This document shows positions 40,831 through 49,151 of a DNA stretch of 64,000 nucleotides, piece by piece. This stretch comes from a virus. Every line of letters starts with the position of its first letter. The stretch's first letter is position 1. A program made the translations under genes and the position numbers. Under the pieces are notes generated by a model, which saw nothing but the letters and a program-made list of their open reading frames with translations, did not search any database and was not told the origin of the DNA. The DNA is taken from the IMG/VR virus record IMGVR_UViG_3300042306_000227, positions 9,268 to 73,267 of that record, one strand, 5' to 3'.

Positions 40831-40857
40831 CGAGCCCTGTTTCTACAGGGCTTTTTT
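40831..40857 (+). terminator. Intrinsic terminator identical to the one at 9547-9573
   Basis: CGAGCCCTGTTTCTACAGGGCTTTTTT. Confidence 0.8.
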
Positions 40858-40876
40858 ATTTTAGTACCTTTGCATT

Positions 40877-41341
40877 ATGAAGTACTTATTATATTTATTG
40901 TTAATATTGAGCACATCTAGTATGGCTCAAGATGTGACTATATCTGTCCAAAACAGCATTAAATTAGGTGATTTGGCAGGTAATAGAAAAATAGAGTTTG
41001 GTGTAGCTAATATCATTGAAGAGATAATCCAAGAGAAAGGATACTCAATTAACCCAAAATCTAAAAATATTATCTTTGCCGAGTTGATTTATATGGATGT
41101 AGTGAAGACTAAAAGCAATCTATCAGTATTCCATAAAGACAATACAGATGTCGTGATAAGAATCAAGGGGTATATTTCCAAAGACGGAAGTAAAAGCAAG
41201 CCAATCTTGGTAGAAGGTAGCGCATCCGAGGTGTCAACATCAACAATACTTGTCGGAACAGACGGCAAGTTCAATCAACAAAATTTAACAACTGCAATAA
41301 AAAAGGCTTGCTATGAACTTATTGAGAAAATTAATCCTTAG
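40877..41341 (+). CDS. Exported protein, possibly CsgG/TolB-N-like alpha/beta fold
   Basis: Signal peptide ..SSMA/Q; FGVANIIEEII..FNQQNLTTAIKKAC parallels GLGVANISMEYL..FNQSTIGTATKKAL of 44400; leaderless promoter 40865-72. Confidence 0.55.
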   Translation: MKYLLYLLLILSTSSMAQDVTISVQNSIKLGDLAGNRKIEFGVANIIEEIIQEKGYSINPKSKNIIFAELIYMDVVKTKSNLSVFHKDNTDVVIRIKGYISKDGSKSKPILVEGSASEVSTSTILVGTDGKFNQQNLTTAIKKACYELIEKINP

Positions 41342-42959
41342 TCTTGTCACTATTTTTGGAATATTTGTGACAAATGCGCAGATTCCTACAATATATTTAG
41401 AAAAGTCTAATATAACTAAGAACATAAAGGACACGTCTATCTTAAAGGGAGACACTGTTGATATGGTGGTTATGTATAAGGAGGAACTATCTTCTACCAG
41501 AACGCTATACTTTGACTTTCAGTATAACTATAGAACATTTACTATATTAGGTGTAACTAGTTTTAGTGGAGATAGTAGTGCTATGCCTGCAAATGCTACA
41601 ATGAGTATTCAGAATAGCTTCCATCCAGGATTTACCTATCAAAGAACAGCTCAAAATACAACAACAAATGGTTCACAGAACTATAACTATGCTAACTATA
41701 CGTATTCACCAAGCAGCAATAATGCTATCCAAAGAATCTATACTACAGTTACTTCAAATAGTAATCTACGTAATGGGAAATATATCAGGATACGTATTAA
41801 GGTAAACGCAACTACAGCTGGAACAGCTTATGATAGTTTGTATATGAACTTTGTATCTGGCTGGAAATCAGATGGTACTTATATTGATACGTATATGCCT
41901 CTACCTAAAAGCACATTCATAACACTAGACGCTAATGCTAATACTTTGGTTACTGGTAATATATATAAAAGTCCTTCTGTTCAGACTAATATCAAGTTTA
42001 CCGACTCCGCTTCAGGAATATCTACTTTATTATATCCTGATGTAAATGGTGTTTTTAAAGCTTCTACGGAGCTTGCATCAAATAGAACATACAAAGTATC
42101 AGTTGGTATAGATAGTATCGCTAGTGTAGCTAAAAATGCTATTACGGTATCAGATGCTACAGCCGCCTTAAATGAGTTTGGTTCTGTTAACCTAAATGGC
42201 ACTTTTAATAAGACTAACCTAAAGACAGGTGCTGCTTGGCTAGCTGCTGATGCTAACTATAATGGTTCTTTTGATGCTGCCGACCCATACTTGATATTGG
42301 CTCATGTGGCCAATACGCTGACAATGGTTCCTAATATATACACATATAAAAGAGCTGATTTTAGTAAAGATACTTTACCAGTTCAGAATTTTATCTATTT
42401 CCGTACTACTACTGCCAATCAAGCATTAGATTTAAACTATCTAATTGCAGGTGATATTAATAGAAGCCATAGCTCACAGGTTGTAGCCACAGATGGAACA
42501 ATCCAATCATTTTCATTGGTTAATACTCCAATAGTAAAAAAAGCTGTTTTAGTAAGCCTAGAAAATGCTGTGATTGAGTCTGATAATATATCTATACCTA
42601 TGAATATCAATTCAGACGGATTAAGCTTATGCGGATTGCAGTTTGAGTTTGCATATGATGCAACTAAAATTCAGTTGCAAGAAATAAAGGCCAATACAAA
42701 CGCATCTTGGCTAAACTTCTATACAAACGAGAATGGGTATGTTAAGTTTGGTGGTATAGATAAGACTTTAAAAGAGCCTATATCTGGAACAACGATTCCA
42801 TTTACAATTAAATTCAAGGCATTAACGCCTGGTGTTGATATAAATACTAATGTATGGGTAACAGATAATATGGATGCGTCTGATAACAGAGGTAATCAAG
42901 TTGGTATTAAGTTAAACACTGCACAGATTCGTTTAATCGGTATAAATAATTTTAAATAA
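41313..42959 (+). CDS. Exported cohesin/dockerin-like protein
   Basis: Signal peptide ..TNA/Q; cohesin-like YFDFQYN and GLQFEFAYDATKIQL domains; EF-hand/dockerin-like ADANYNGSFDAAD. Confidence 0.65.
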   Translation: MNLLRKLILSLVTIFGIFVTNAQIPTIYLEKSNITKNIKDTSILKGDTVDMVVMYKEELSSTRTLYFDFQYNYRTFTILGVTSFSGDSSAMPANATMSIQNSFHPGFTYQRTAQNTTTNGSQNYNYANYTYSPSSNNAIQRIYTTVTSNSNLRNGKYIRIRIKVNATTAGTAYDSLYMNFVSGWKSDGTYIDTYMPLPKSTFITLDANANTLVTGNIYKSPSVQTNIKFTDSASGISTLLYPDVNGVFKASTELASNRTYKVSVGIDSIASVAKNAITVSDATAALNEFGSVNLNGTFNKTNLKTGAAWLAADANYNGSFDAADPYLILAHVANTLTMVPNIYTYKRADFSKDTLPVQNFIYFRTTTANQALDLNYLIAGDINRSHSSQVVATDGTIQSFSLVNTPIVKKAVLVSLENAVIESDNISIPMNINSDGLSLCGLQFEFAYDATKIQLQEIKANTNASWLNFYTNENGYVKFGGIDKTLKEPISGTTIPFTIKFKALTPGVDINTNVWVTDNMDASDNRGNQVGIKLNTAQIRLIGINNFK

Positions 42960-43312
42960 TGAAAAGAATCAGTATCATCACATGCTTAGTATTGCTTGTA
43001 GTATCATGCAAAAAAATACAATATTATCCAGAGCAACAAGCTAAAACACCTGAAAAACAGGGGTATGTTAATGTGTCTCCTGTACCTACATTAGGTCAAA
43101 TCACAATGAGTTTTAACCTACAACCATCTATCAAGTATAATGTTACAATCAAGGATATGAGCGGTAAAGTTTACAAATCTTATGGGGTAAGCTCAATAGA
43201 TGGCTTATTGGTAAAGCAGGATAACCTAACTGGATTAGCAAGTGGAACATATGACTTAATTTTGATGAATATAAATGGCTCAGAAACTAGAACCCCAATA
43301 ATTATAAAATAA
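42959..43312 (+). CDS. Lipoprotein consisting of a T9SS type A C-terminal sorting domain
   Basis: Lipobox LVVS/CKK; VSPVPT..IKDMSGKV..LTGLASGTYDLIL..PIIIK. Confidence 0.65.
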   Translation: MKRISIITCLVLLVVSCKKIQYYPEQQAKTPEKQGYVNVSPVPTLGQITMSFNLQPSIKYNVTIKDMSGKVYKSYGVSSIDGLLVKQDNLTGLASGTYDLILMNINGSETRTPIIIK

Positions 43313-43318
43313 AATACA

Positions 43319-43618
43319 ATGGCAGAAGAACAAGAAAGCACAGGTAGTTCTATGAAAAATGTTATCATAGGATTCATTAGCACAATCACTCTAGGAGTAG
43401 GTGGTTGGATTACAACAAAATTAACAGGAGGAGATGAGAAAGAAACCCCAACACAAACAGCGGCTCCAGTCATTAATATCAATCAAACGCAACAACAAGC
43501 TGCAGGAGGTGGTAAGACTGTTATCATTAAAGAAAAGGCGTCAGAACCTGCAAAGCCAGCTGCAACTCCTAAGAAAAAAGAGGGCGATGATTTTAAGGAA
43601 GAGGCTCCTAAATGGTAA
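43319..43618 (+). CDS. Single-pass membrane protein
   Basis: VIIGFISTITLGVGGWI followed by a disordered tail. Confidence 0.65.
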   Translation: MAEEQESTGSSMKNVIIGFISTITLGVGGWITTKLTGGDEKETPTQTAAPVININQTQQQAAGGGKTVIIKEKASEPAKPAATPKKKEGDDFKEEAPKW

Positions 43619-43621
43619 TAT

Positions 43622-43765
43622 ATGGCAAAGAAGACGTCAAAGCCTAAAGCGAAACGAAGTATTCGCTCAGGTGTTAAAAAGAGTAAATTAGTAAAACAAA
43701 ATCAAGAAGTAATATATAACGTATGGACAACGCTAAACAGCCAACAGGTTTTAAAGAACTTTTAA
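43622..43765 (+). CDS. Small basic protein (47 aa, not in ORF track)
   Basis: My translation: MAKKTSKPKAKRSIRSGVKKSKLVKQNQEVIYNV..; fills the gap between two genes. Confidence 0.45.
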   Translation: MAKKTSKPKAKRSIRSGVKKSKLVKQNQEVIYNVWTTLNSQQVLKNF

Positions 43766-44286
43766 ACGCAATGATGGAACGCAGATGGTATATTACCGCT
43801 GCTGTTCTTGGTGGGTTTATTTTAATTATCGCAGGGATATTTGTAGCAGTATCTAACAATGCTTCTATGGCAGGGGAATGGAAAGAGTTATTAATGTTAT
43901 TATTGGGTGCCTTTATTGGTAGCTATGGTAAGATTATAGACTACTGGTTCTCTGATACAGACAAGGATAAAATGTTAGTACAGAAGATGGATGAAGAAGA
44001 TGGTGTTTCTATGTCTCACACAAATGACATGAAAGAAACTAACAAGCCATTTGGCCCTACCATTCCTGATGCATTTGTTCAAGGAGCTGCTGCAGCTAGA
44101 GATTTAGCTGTTACAGAAAACAGACAAAACTTTGAACTTAAAAGAGACCAACAAGAACACGAACAAGAGATGGAGAAGTTAGAGTTTGAATACCAAGCAC
44201 ACAGACAATGTGAGCATGAGTGGGGAGATTCTGACGGAGACGGAGAACTTGAGTGTCAAAAGTGTGGATTATTGAAAGATAAATAA
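43723..44286 (+). CDS. Two-TM membrane protein with C-terminal Zn-ribbon-like tail
   Basis: Two hydrophobic helices, IIDYWFS motif (holin-like), CEHEW..CQKC. Confidence 0.65.
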   Translation: MDNAKQPTGFKELLNAMMERRWYITAAVLGGFILIIAGIFVAVSNNASMAGEWKELLMLLLGAFIGSYGKIIDYWFSDTDKDKMLVQKMDEEDGVSMSHTNDMKETNKPFGPTIPDAFVQGAAAARDLAVTENRQNFELKRDQQEHEQEMEKLEFEYQAHRQCEHEWGDSDGDGELECQKCGLLKDK

Positions 44287-44290
44287 AAAC

Positions 44291-44398
44291 ATAAGTCAGA
44301 AACCGCAAAATCTGACTCATATATCAATCAATCTTGAGCCGTTTATCAATCGTATTCGGCTCATTTTTGAGCGATAAGTATAATTTAAATGAGCGATA
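44291..44398. repeat. Palindrome cluster upstream of the csgG-like gene
   Basis: ATAAGTCAGA-N10-TCTGACTCAT; TGAGCCG-N15-CGGCTCA; GCTCA-N4-TGAGC; direct repeat TGAGCGATA x2. Confidence 0.6.
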
Positions 44399-44399
44399 T

Positions 44400-45122
44400 A
44401 TGAAAATTATAAAATCTTGTTGTACCATAATTATAATCCTTTGCTTTATTAATGGTCAAGCTCAGGTAGCGACAACTAAGACAGAGAACTATAAAGCTAG
44501 TTTTGAGACTAAGATTGACATCAGTCAGTACATGGACTATGATGGGCCGACTATACCAATTCAAATACTTAAATGCGGAATAAATGACGAAATGTATGAA
44601 ATGTATCCAGAACTTAAGGAAAAGAGGGTTGGTTTGGGCGTGGCAAACATCTCTATGGAGTACCTGGAAAACCTCAATCGCTTCACTTTCACGGAGGACA
44701 AGACTGAGATTAAGAATAGAATGGTTAAACAATTCCAGGCCTCTCAAGCAGGAATTTCTCAAGATAAGTTGGATGGAAGAGGAAAGATTAGACTAGCACA
44801 TTACTTTGTTGAGATTGAGTGCTATGATTATTCTGTTTCAGAAGATGAAGAGATTAGGGTAAAAGATGGCATTAAGGAGACTGTTGTCACAAGAATAGGA
44901 TTACAGGTAAGATTTACGGATGCGCAGACAGGTGAAATCATAGCTGCATCTGGATTGGGAGAAGCTAAAACTACACGAGAAGCAAGCCTATTGAATGACG
45001 AGAATCTTAGTGAAGTTAAATTTAATCAGTCAACGATAGGAACTGCAACAAAGAAAGCACTAGATATTGCGTGTGCTCGCATCCTATCAAGAATGATTAA
45101 AAAGAATGTATTCCCTAAATAA
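44400..45122 (+). CDS. csgG: CsgG/HfaB-like exported protein
   Basis: Signal peptide ..GQA/Q; GLGVANI..LENLNRFTFTE..IGLQVRFTDAQTGEIIAASG CsgG-family pattern; start moved to ATG 44400. Confidence 0.65.
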   Translation: MKIIKSCCTIIIILCFINGQAQVATTKTENYKASFETKIDISQYMDYDGPTIPIQILKCGINDEMYEMYPELKEKRVGLGVANISMEYLENLNRFTFTEDKTEIKNRMVKQFQASQAGISQDKLDGRGKIRLAHYFVEIECYDYSVSEDEEIRVKDGIKETVVTRIGLQVRFTDAQTGEIIAASGLGEAKTTREASLLNDENLSEVKFNQSTIGTATKKALDIACARILSRMIKKNVFPK

Positions 45123-46344
45123 AACACTTTTTCGTACGATATTCTGTACACTTTTGACACTTTCATTGACGAGTGCAAAAGCGCAGATACTTACAAGTAC
45201 ATTTATAGACCCATGTAGCAAGAAGGTCACAGTCTTTGTAGTGCCAATTCAAGGTACTACAATTGTGTTTATGGGTAAGTCTAAATACATAACAGCTCAG
45301 GATGTAAAGTCAGGTGCTTTAATGACTTGGGTAAATCAAGTATACGCAGAGTATTCAGCGCCATGCCCTGTTACACAACTTACTCAACAATTAACACAGC
45401 AAACGGTAACAAATTCAGTTTCAGCAGCAGTAAGTTCAGCAGCATCAAGTGCCGCTGCGAGTGCTGCTAGCAGTGTAAGTGTTCCAACTCCTGCTCCTGC
45501 TCCTGCGCCATCTTCTGCACCTTCTAGCCAACCAACTTCCTCTCAGAGTGATGGTAGCTCTAGCTCTAGCTCGTCTCAGAATGATGGTAGTTCTAGCGAA
45601 AGCAGTTCTGAGTCCTCTGAAAGTAAATCTGAGAGTAAATCCGAGGATAAAAAAGAAGAAAAGAAAGAAGAGAAGAAAGAGGAAAAGAAAAAGTCTTCCG
45701 CAAAGGCAGGACAAACCCCATTGATTTTTTCGTCTGATTTGAGTGCGGTTCAGCAGTTTCAAGGTGACTTTAATTTAATGGCAAATTTAGGCGTTTCTAG
45801 AGCATCTATGGCAGGAGACGTGTCTTACGGCTCTACATTGACAATCTTCTCAAATTTAAGACAATTTGCCCTATCTACAAGGTATTCTAAGATGGATATT
45901 CAGAATGGGACTTTATGTGGCGTAGGGACAACTTCTTACACAATGGCATATAATGATGGAGGCATCATACATATACTAGGTAAATCATATGTAATGTCCC
46001 ATAAGTCATACATTTATGGCTATGCCTTGACTATTATTAATACATCTATCCCATTTGAGGCTGTAAAACAACAATTCTGGACTTCTTCTATAGTGTTATT
46101 TGGCATGAAGCCATACGTTTACAGCAAAAGATTGACTATAACACCAGAGGTTTTTTTAATGTCTAACCCACTGAGTTATACAAGTAAATCAAAGGATTTG
46201 ACATCTATGAGTCAATTAAGCTACATATTAGGCTCATCATTTGACATAGCATTGTCTAAGAGATTTAGACTTGCAACTAATATTAAATACATGGGGCCGC
46301 TTCATACAATTGGATTGCAGTTAGGAACAAAGTTTAACCTATAG
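45106..46344 (+). CDS. Exported protein with Ser/Glu linker and probable C-terminal outer-membrane beta-barrel
   Basis: Signal peptide ..AKA/Q; paired Cys N-domain; S/P/E/K low-complexity linker; alternating beta strands ending IGLQLGTKFNL. Confidence 0.6.
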   Translation: MYSLNKTLFRTIFCTLLTLSLTSAKAQILTSTFIDPCSKKVTVFVVPIQGTTIVFMGKSKYITAQDVKSGALMTWVNQVYAEYSAPCPVTQLTQQLTQQTVTNSVSAAVSSAASSAAASAASSVSVPTPAPAPAPSSAPSSQPTSSQSDGSSSSSSSQNDGSSSESSSESSESKSESKSEDKKEEKKEEKKEEKKKSSAKAGQTPLIFSSDLSAVQQFQGDFNLMANLGVSRASMAGDVSYGSTLTIFSNLRQFALSTRYSKMDIQNGTLCGVGTTSYTMAYNDGGIIHILGKSYVMSHKSYIYGYALTIINTSIPFEAVKQQFWTSSIVLFGMKPYVYSKRLTITPEVFLMSNPLSYTSKSKDLTSMSQLSYILGSSFDIALSKRFRLATNIKYMGPLHTIGLQLGTKFNL

Positions 46345-46345
46345 T

Positions 46346-46565
46346 TGCATGAATTTTTCTGATTTTTCATGCACTGAATTAGAAATATATATCTAAAATG
46401 TAATTTATTTGTACCTATTTTATATTCTATTGCGTATAATTAGAAGTATATTTCCAATTTTATATGCGAAAGGGTATAATGTGTCATAAAAAGCACTTTT
46501 TGACTTATATATGTCCCATATAAGTCACATTGACTTACAAGCTCATGCAAATACACTATAAGTTT
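46346..46565. repeat. Array of overlapping ~20-40-bp imperfect palindromes
   Basis: TGCATGAA-N12-TTCATGCA; TGACTTATAT-N7-ATATAAGTCA; TTGCGTATAA..TTATATGCGA; AATTAGAArTATATwTCyAA x2. Confidence 0.7.
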
Positions 46566-46584
46566 TATTCATTAAATTTGCAAT

Positions 46585-47187
46585 ATGAAAAAGATATTAC
46601 AGGGTGCTGTATTGGTGATAGTTGTCGGTCTTATATTCTCAAAGATGACAGGGGTTAAAAACCCATTCTCGCCTAAGATAAAATATATTGCAGGTAAACC
46701 TTACGAGGTTATTAAGCATGAGATAGATACTGTTGACATTATTAAGACTAAGGTGATTACCAAACAAGGTAAGGACATCTACCACGATACGACAATCTTC
46801 GTGCAAGTCCCAATGAATGTAGACACATTAGAAATTATTAAAATGTATTTCGCCAAGAATGTATACAAGGATACCTTACGTTTACCTGACAGCTTAGGAT
46901 ATGTTGTACTATTGGACACCATTAGTAAGAATACGATTGAGTCTAGGATGTTCACAGCTAATGTGAAGCAAAGAACTATTAAAGAGACTACCATTGTTAA
47001 AGAGCTACCTAAGACCAAGTTATTTTGGGGTGTAGGAGCGTCATTTGACAAGGTAAACTTTGTAAACAACGTACAGGTAAATCTACTTTTAAATACAAAG
47101 TGTGATAAGCTATACAATGTAGGAGCAGGAATTGACATCAATAAGACACCGTTTGTTAACGCATCTATTTACTGGAAAATAAAATAA
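46585..47187 (+). CDS. Membrane-anchored lysis accessory (spanin-like) protein
   Basis: N-terminal TM, DT-rich middle, C-terminal beta strands ending YWKIK; first gene of the lysis unit (promoter 46573-80). Confidence 0.5.
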   Translation: MKKILQGAVLVIVVGLIFSKMTGVKNPFSPKIKYIAGKPYEVIKHEIDTVDIIKTKVITKQGKDIYHDTTIFVQVPMNVDTLEIIKMYFAKNVYKDTLRLPDSLGYVVLLDTISKNTIESRMFTANVKQRTIKETTIVKELPKTKLFWGVGASFDKVNFVNNVQVNLLLNTKCDKLYNVGAGIDINKTPFVNASIYWKIK

Positions 47188-47189
47188 TT

Positions 47190-47435
47190 ATGAAAGATTT
47201 TTTACTTAGAATGTTCAGCGATAAGTCTGACATAAATCAAAAGGCTGTGTTAGGATTTGTATCGTTTCTGTTAATGGCTATATATGCCCTAACAGATGTG
47301 GTTACAGGAGCAATAGGAATTACGTTTGTTATTGAGCCTATAGTATTTAACGGATTGATGTACACAGCTTTGACTATGTGTGGCATCACAGGTGTAGAGG
47401 CTGTATTTGGTAACAAGAACATAAAAGATAAATAA
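47190..47435 (+). CDS. Putative holin
   Basis: 81 aa, two TM helices, charged C-terminus, coupled to the endolysin. Confidence 0.6.
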   Translation: MKDFLLRMFSDKSDINQKAVLGFVSFLLMAIYALTDVVTGAIGITFVIEPIVFNGLMYTALTMCGITGVEAVFGNKNIKDK

Positions 47436-48034
47436 TGAATCTAGATAGATTAAAAGGTCACATCCCAGACTCAGTAATAAATCAGATACCAGAAGTGTCT
47501 ACTAAATTTGGTGTTAATACTCCACAGAGATTAGCTCATTTCTTAGCTCAAACAGGTCATGAAAGTGGTGGGTTCAGAGTAACAACAGAGAATTTAAACT
47601 ATAGCGCAAAAGGTTTGTGTGGTATTTTTAAGAAATACTTTACACCAGAAAGCGCACAAGAATATCAACGTAAGCCAGAAAAGATTGCTAATATTGTGTA
47701 CGCAAACAGAATGGGTAATGGTAATCAGGCTAGTGGAGATGGGTTTAAGTTTCGTGGTAGAGGTTATATCCAATTAACAGGTAAAACTAACTACCAAGCA
47801 TTTGATAAAACAGTAGAAGATAACATTGAAGCAAACCCTGATTTGGTTGCTACAAAATATCCTTTATTATCAGCTGCATGGTTTTGGAGTAAGAACGGAT
47901 TAAATGCAATAGCTGATACAGGTGCAGGAGAAGATGTGGTAACTAAAATTACAAAAAGGGTTAACGGAGGCACTATCGGTCTTGCTGATAGAATAGCTCA
48001 TTTTAAAGAATATTATAATCTATTAAAAGCTTAA
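47435..48034 (+). CDS. Endolysin, glycoside hydrolase family 19
   Basis: AHFLAQTGHESGGF..ENLNYS..FRGRGYIQLTGKTNY..TKRVNGGTIGLADR. Confidence 0.93.
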   Translation: MNLDRLKGHIPDSVINQIPEVSTKFGVNTPQRLAHFLAQTGHESGGFRVTTENLNYSAKGLCGIFKKYFTPESAQEYQRKPEKIANIVYANRMGNGNQASGDGFKFRGRGYIQLTGKTNYQAFDKTVEDNIEANPDLVATKYPLLSAAWFWSKNGLNAIADTGAGEDVVTKITKRVNGGTIGLADRIAHFKEYYNLLKA

Positions 48035-48036
48035 CA

Positions 48037-48222
48037 ATGAGTCAAGGAGTATCAGAAGCATCAGGAATGGTAGGTGTGCCAGCAACCATATTAACATGGC
48101 TTAATTACATGAACATAATGACTATGACCCCTGTGTTACAATTCTTAGTAACATTGTTATCCCTTGTGTGGCTAGTCATACAGATAGGAGGATGGGTTAG
48201 TAAAAAACTTAAAAAGAAGTAA
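48037..48222 (+). CDS. Small membrane protein (holin/antiholin-like)
   Basis: Hydrophobic 61 aa with basic tail. Confidence 0.55.
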   Translation: MSQGVSEASGMVGVPATILTWLNYMNIMTMTPVLQFLVTLLSLVWLVIQIGGWVSKKLKKK

Positions 48223-48503
48223 TGTCTAAAAATAAGTTAGCAGGTAAGCACCCAAGCTATAACGCTCTTAATTGGTCAAAGGAATCTATTGAACGTAAGA
48301 AAAAATACGACAAGAAATATCATGCAACCAAAGAAAGAAAGAAGTATAGAGCTGAGCTTAACAGAGCTAATAGAAAGGCAGGCACCTATGGTAATGGGGA
48401 TGGGAAAGATATGTCTCACACTAAAGGAGGCGCATTGACTAGAGAGAGTCAATCTAAGAATAGAGCAAGGAATGGCAGGAATGGACTTAGCTCTCGTAAG
48501 TAA
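48222..48503 (+). CDS. Small basic protein with degenerate HNH-like motif
   Basis: GDGKDMSH..SKNRARNG. Confidence 0.55.
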   Translation: MSKNKLAGKHPSYNALNWSKESIERKKKYDKKYHATKERKKYRAELNRANRKAGTYGNGDGKDMSHTKGGALTRESQSKNRARNGRNGLSSRK

Positions 48504-48504
48504 A

Positions 48505-48924
48505 CTACTTAATTAGTATCAAGTCTTTTATAGGTATAAGAATCATCTTAGATGTGTTGTTGTCTCCACCCATCACAATCTTATACTTATCCATATTTTC
48601 TTCTATAAAACGTTTCAACTTTTCTGTTGTAATAACTAGTATCAAGTCTGCCGACACAATCTTATACACCCAATGACAAGCCTCTGTAGTATTGATTCCA
48701 GATTCTTTACCTCTGCTCATTAGCTCAATAGCTATGTTGCCTGTTCTGTGTGCCATGTAGTCTGACTTAACCTCAAACTTGCTACCATTAAATACATCAG
48801 CCACCATCTGCTCTTGCTCTCTGCCTCTTTTAAGGTCAGTCCTGAAGTTGCCATACTTTTTCTTTGGAGCGGTATTCTTTATATCATATCCGCTGAACTT
48901 CACATCTGGTTCTTGTTGAATCAT
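48505..48924 (-). CDS. PD-(D/E)xK nuclease-like protein
   Basis: FEVKSD..TGNIAIE..SGINTTEA. Confidence 0.65.
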   Translation of the reverse strand: MIQQEPDVKFSGYDIKNTAPKKKYGNFRTDLKRGREQEQMVADVFNGSKFEVKSDYMAHRTGNIAIELMSRGKESGINTTEACHWVYKIVSADLILVITTEKLKRFIEENMDKYKIVMGGDNNTSKMILIPIKDLILIK

Positions 48925-49151
48925 GTTGTTATGCCTTTTATCTCTTTGATTATATCTATTTTTAAGAGCCTAGCATCCTTCCACTTATCATATTTTGTCT
49001 TTGTCTTTCTCTCTATTCCTGCACAGGATAAAGCCCTGTTCCTTTGGTATTCCGTCAGTTCGTAGTCTATTAAAGACTTTTCTGTCACAACTATCTCAGA
49101 CACTATCTTCTCCGATGGTATCCCCAATGTCACCTTTGCTAGGTATATCAT
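48921..49151 (-). CDS. Hypothetical protein
   Basis: 76 aa, overlap-coupled. Confidence 0.5.
   Translation of the reverse strand: MIYLAKVTLGIPSEKIVSEIVVTEKSLIDYELTEYQRNRALSCAGIERKTKTKYDKWKDARLLKIDIIKEIKGITT

Noticed and set aside
46429-46456. dif (XerCD) site
   Set aside because: Left arm resembles the XerC half but no TTATGTTAAAT-like XerD half follows the 6-nt spacer
455-47973. Many short minus-strand ORFs in the late arm, and plus-strand ORFs in the early arm
   Set aside because: Antisense shadows of long genes with no start context or recognisable motif
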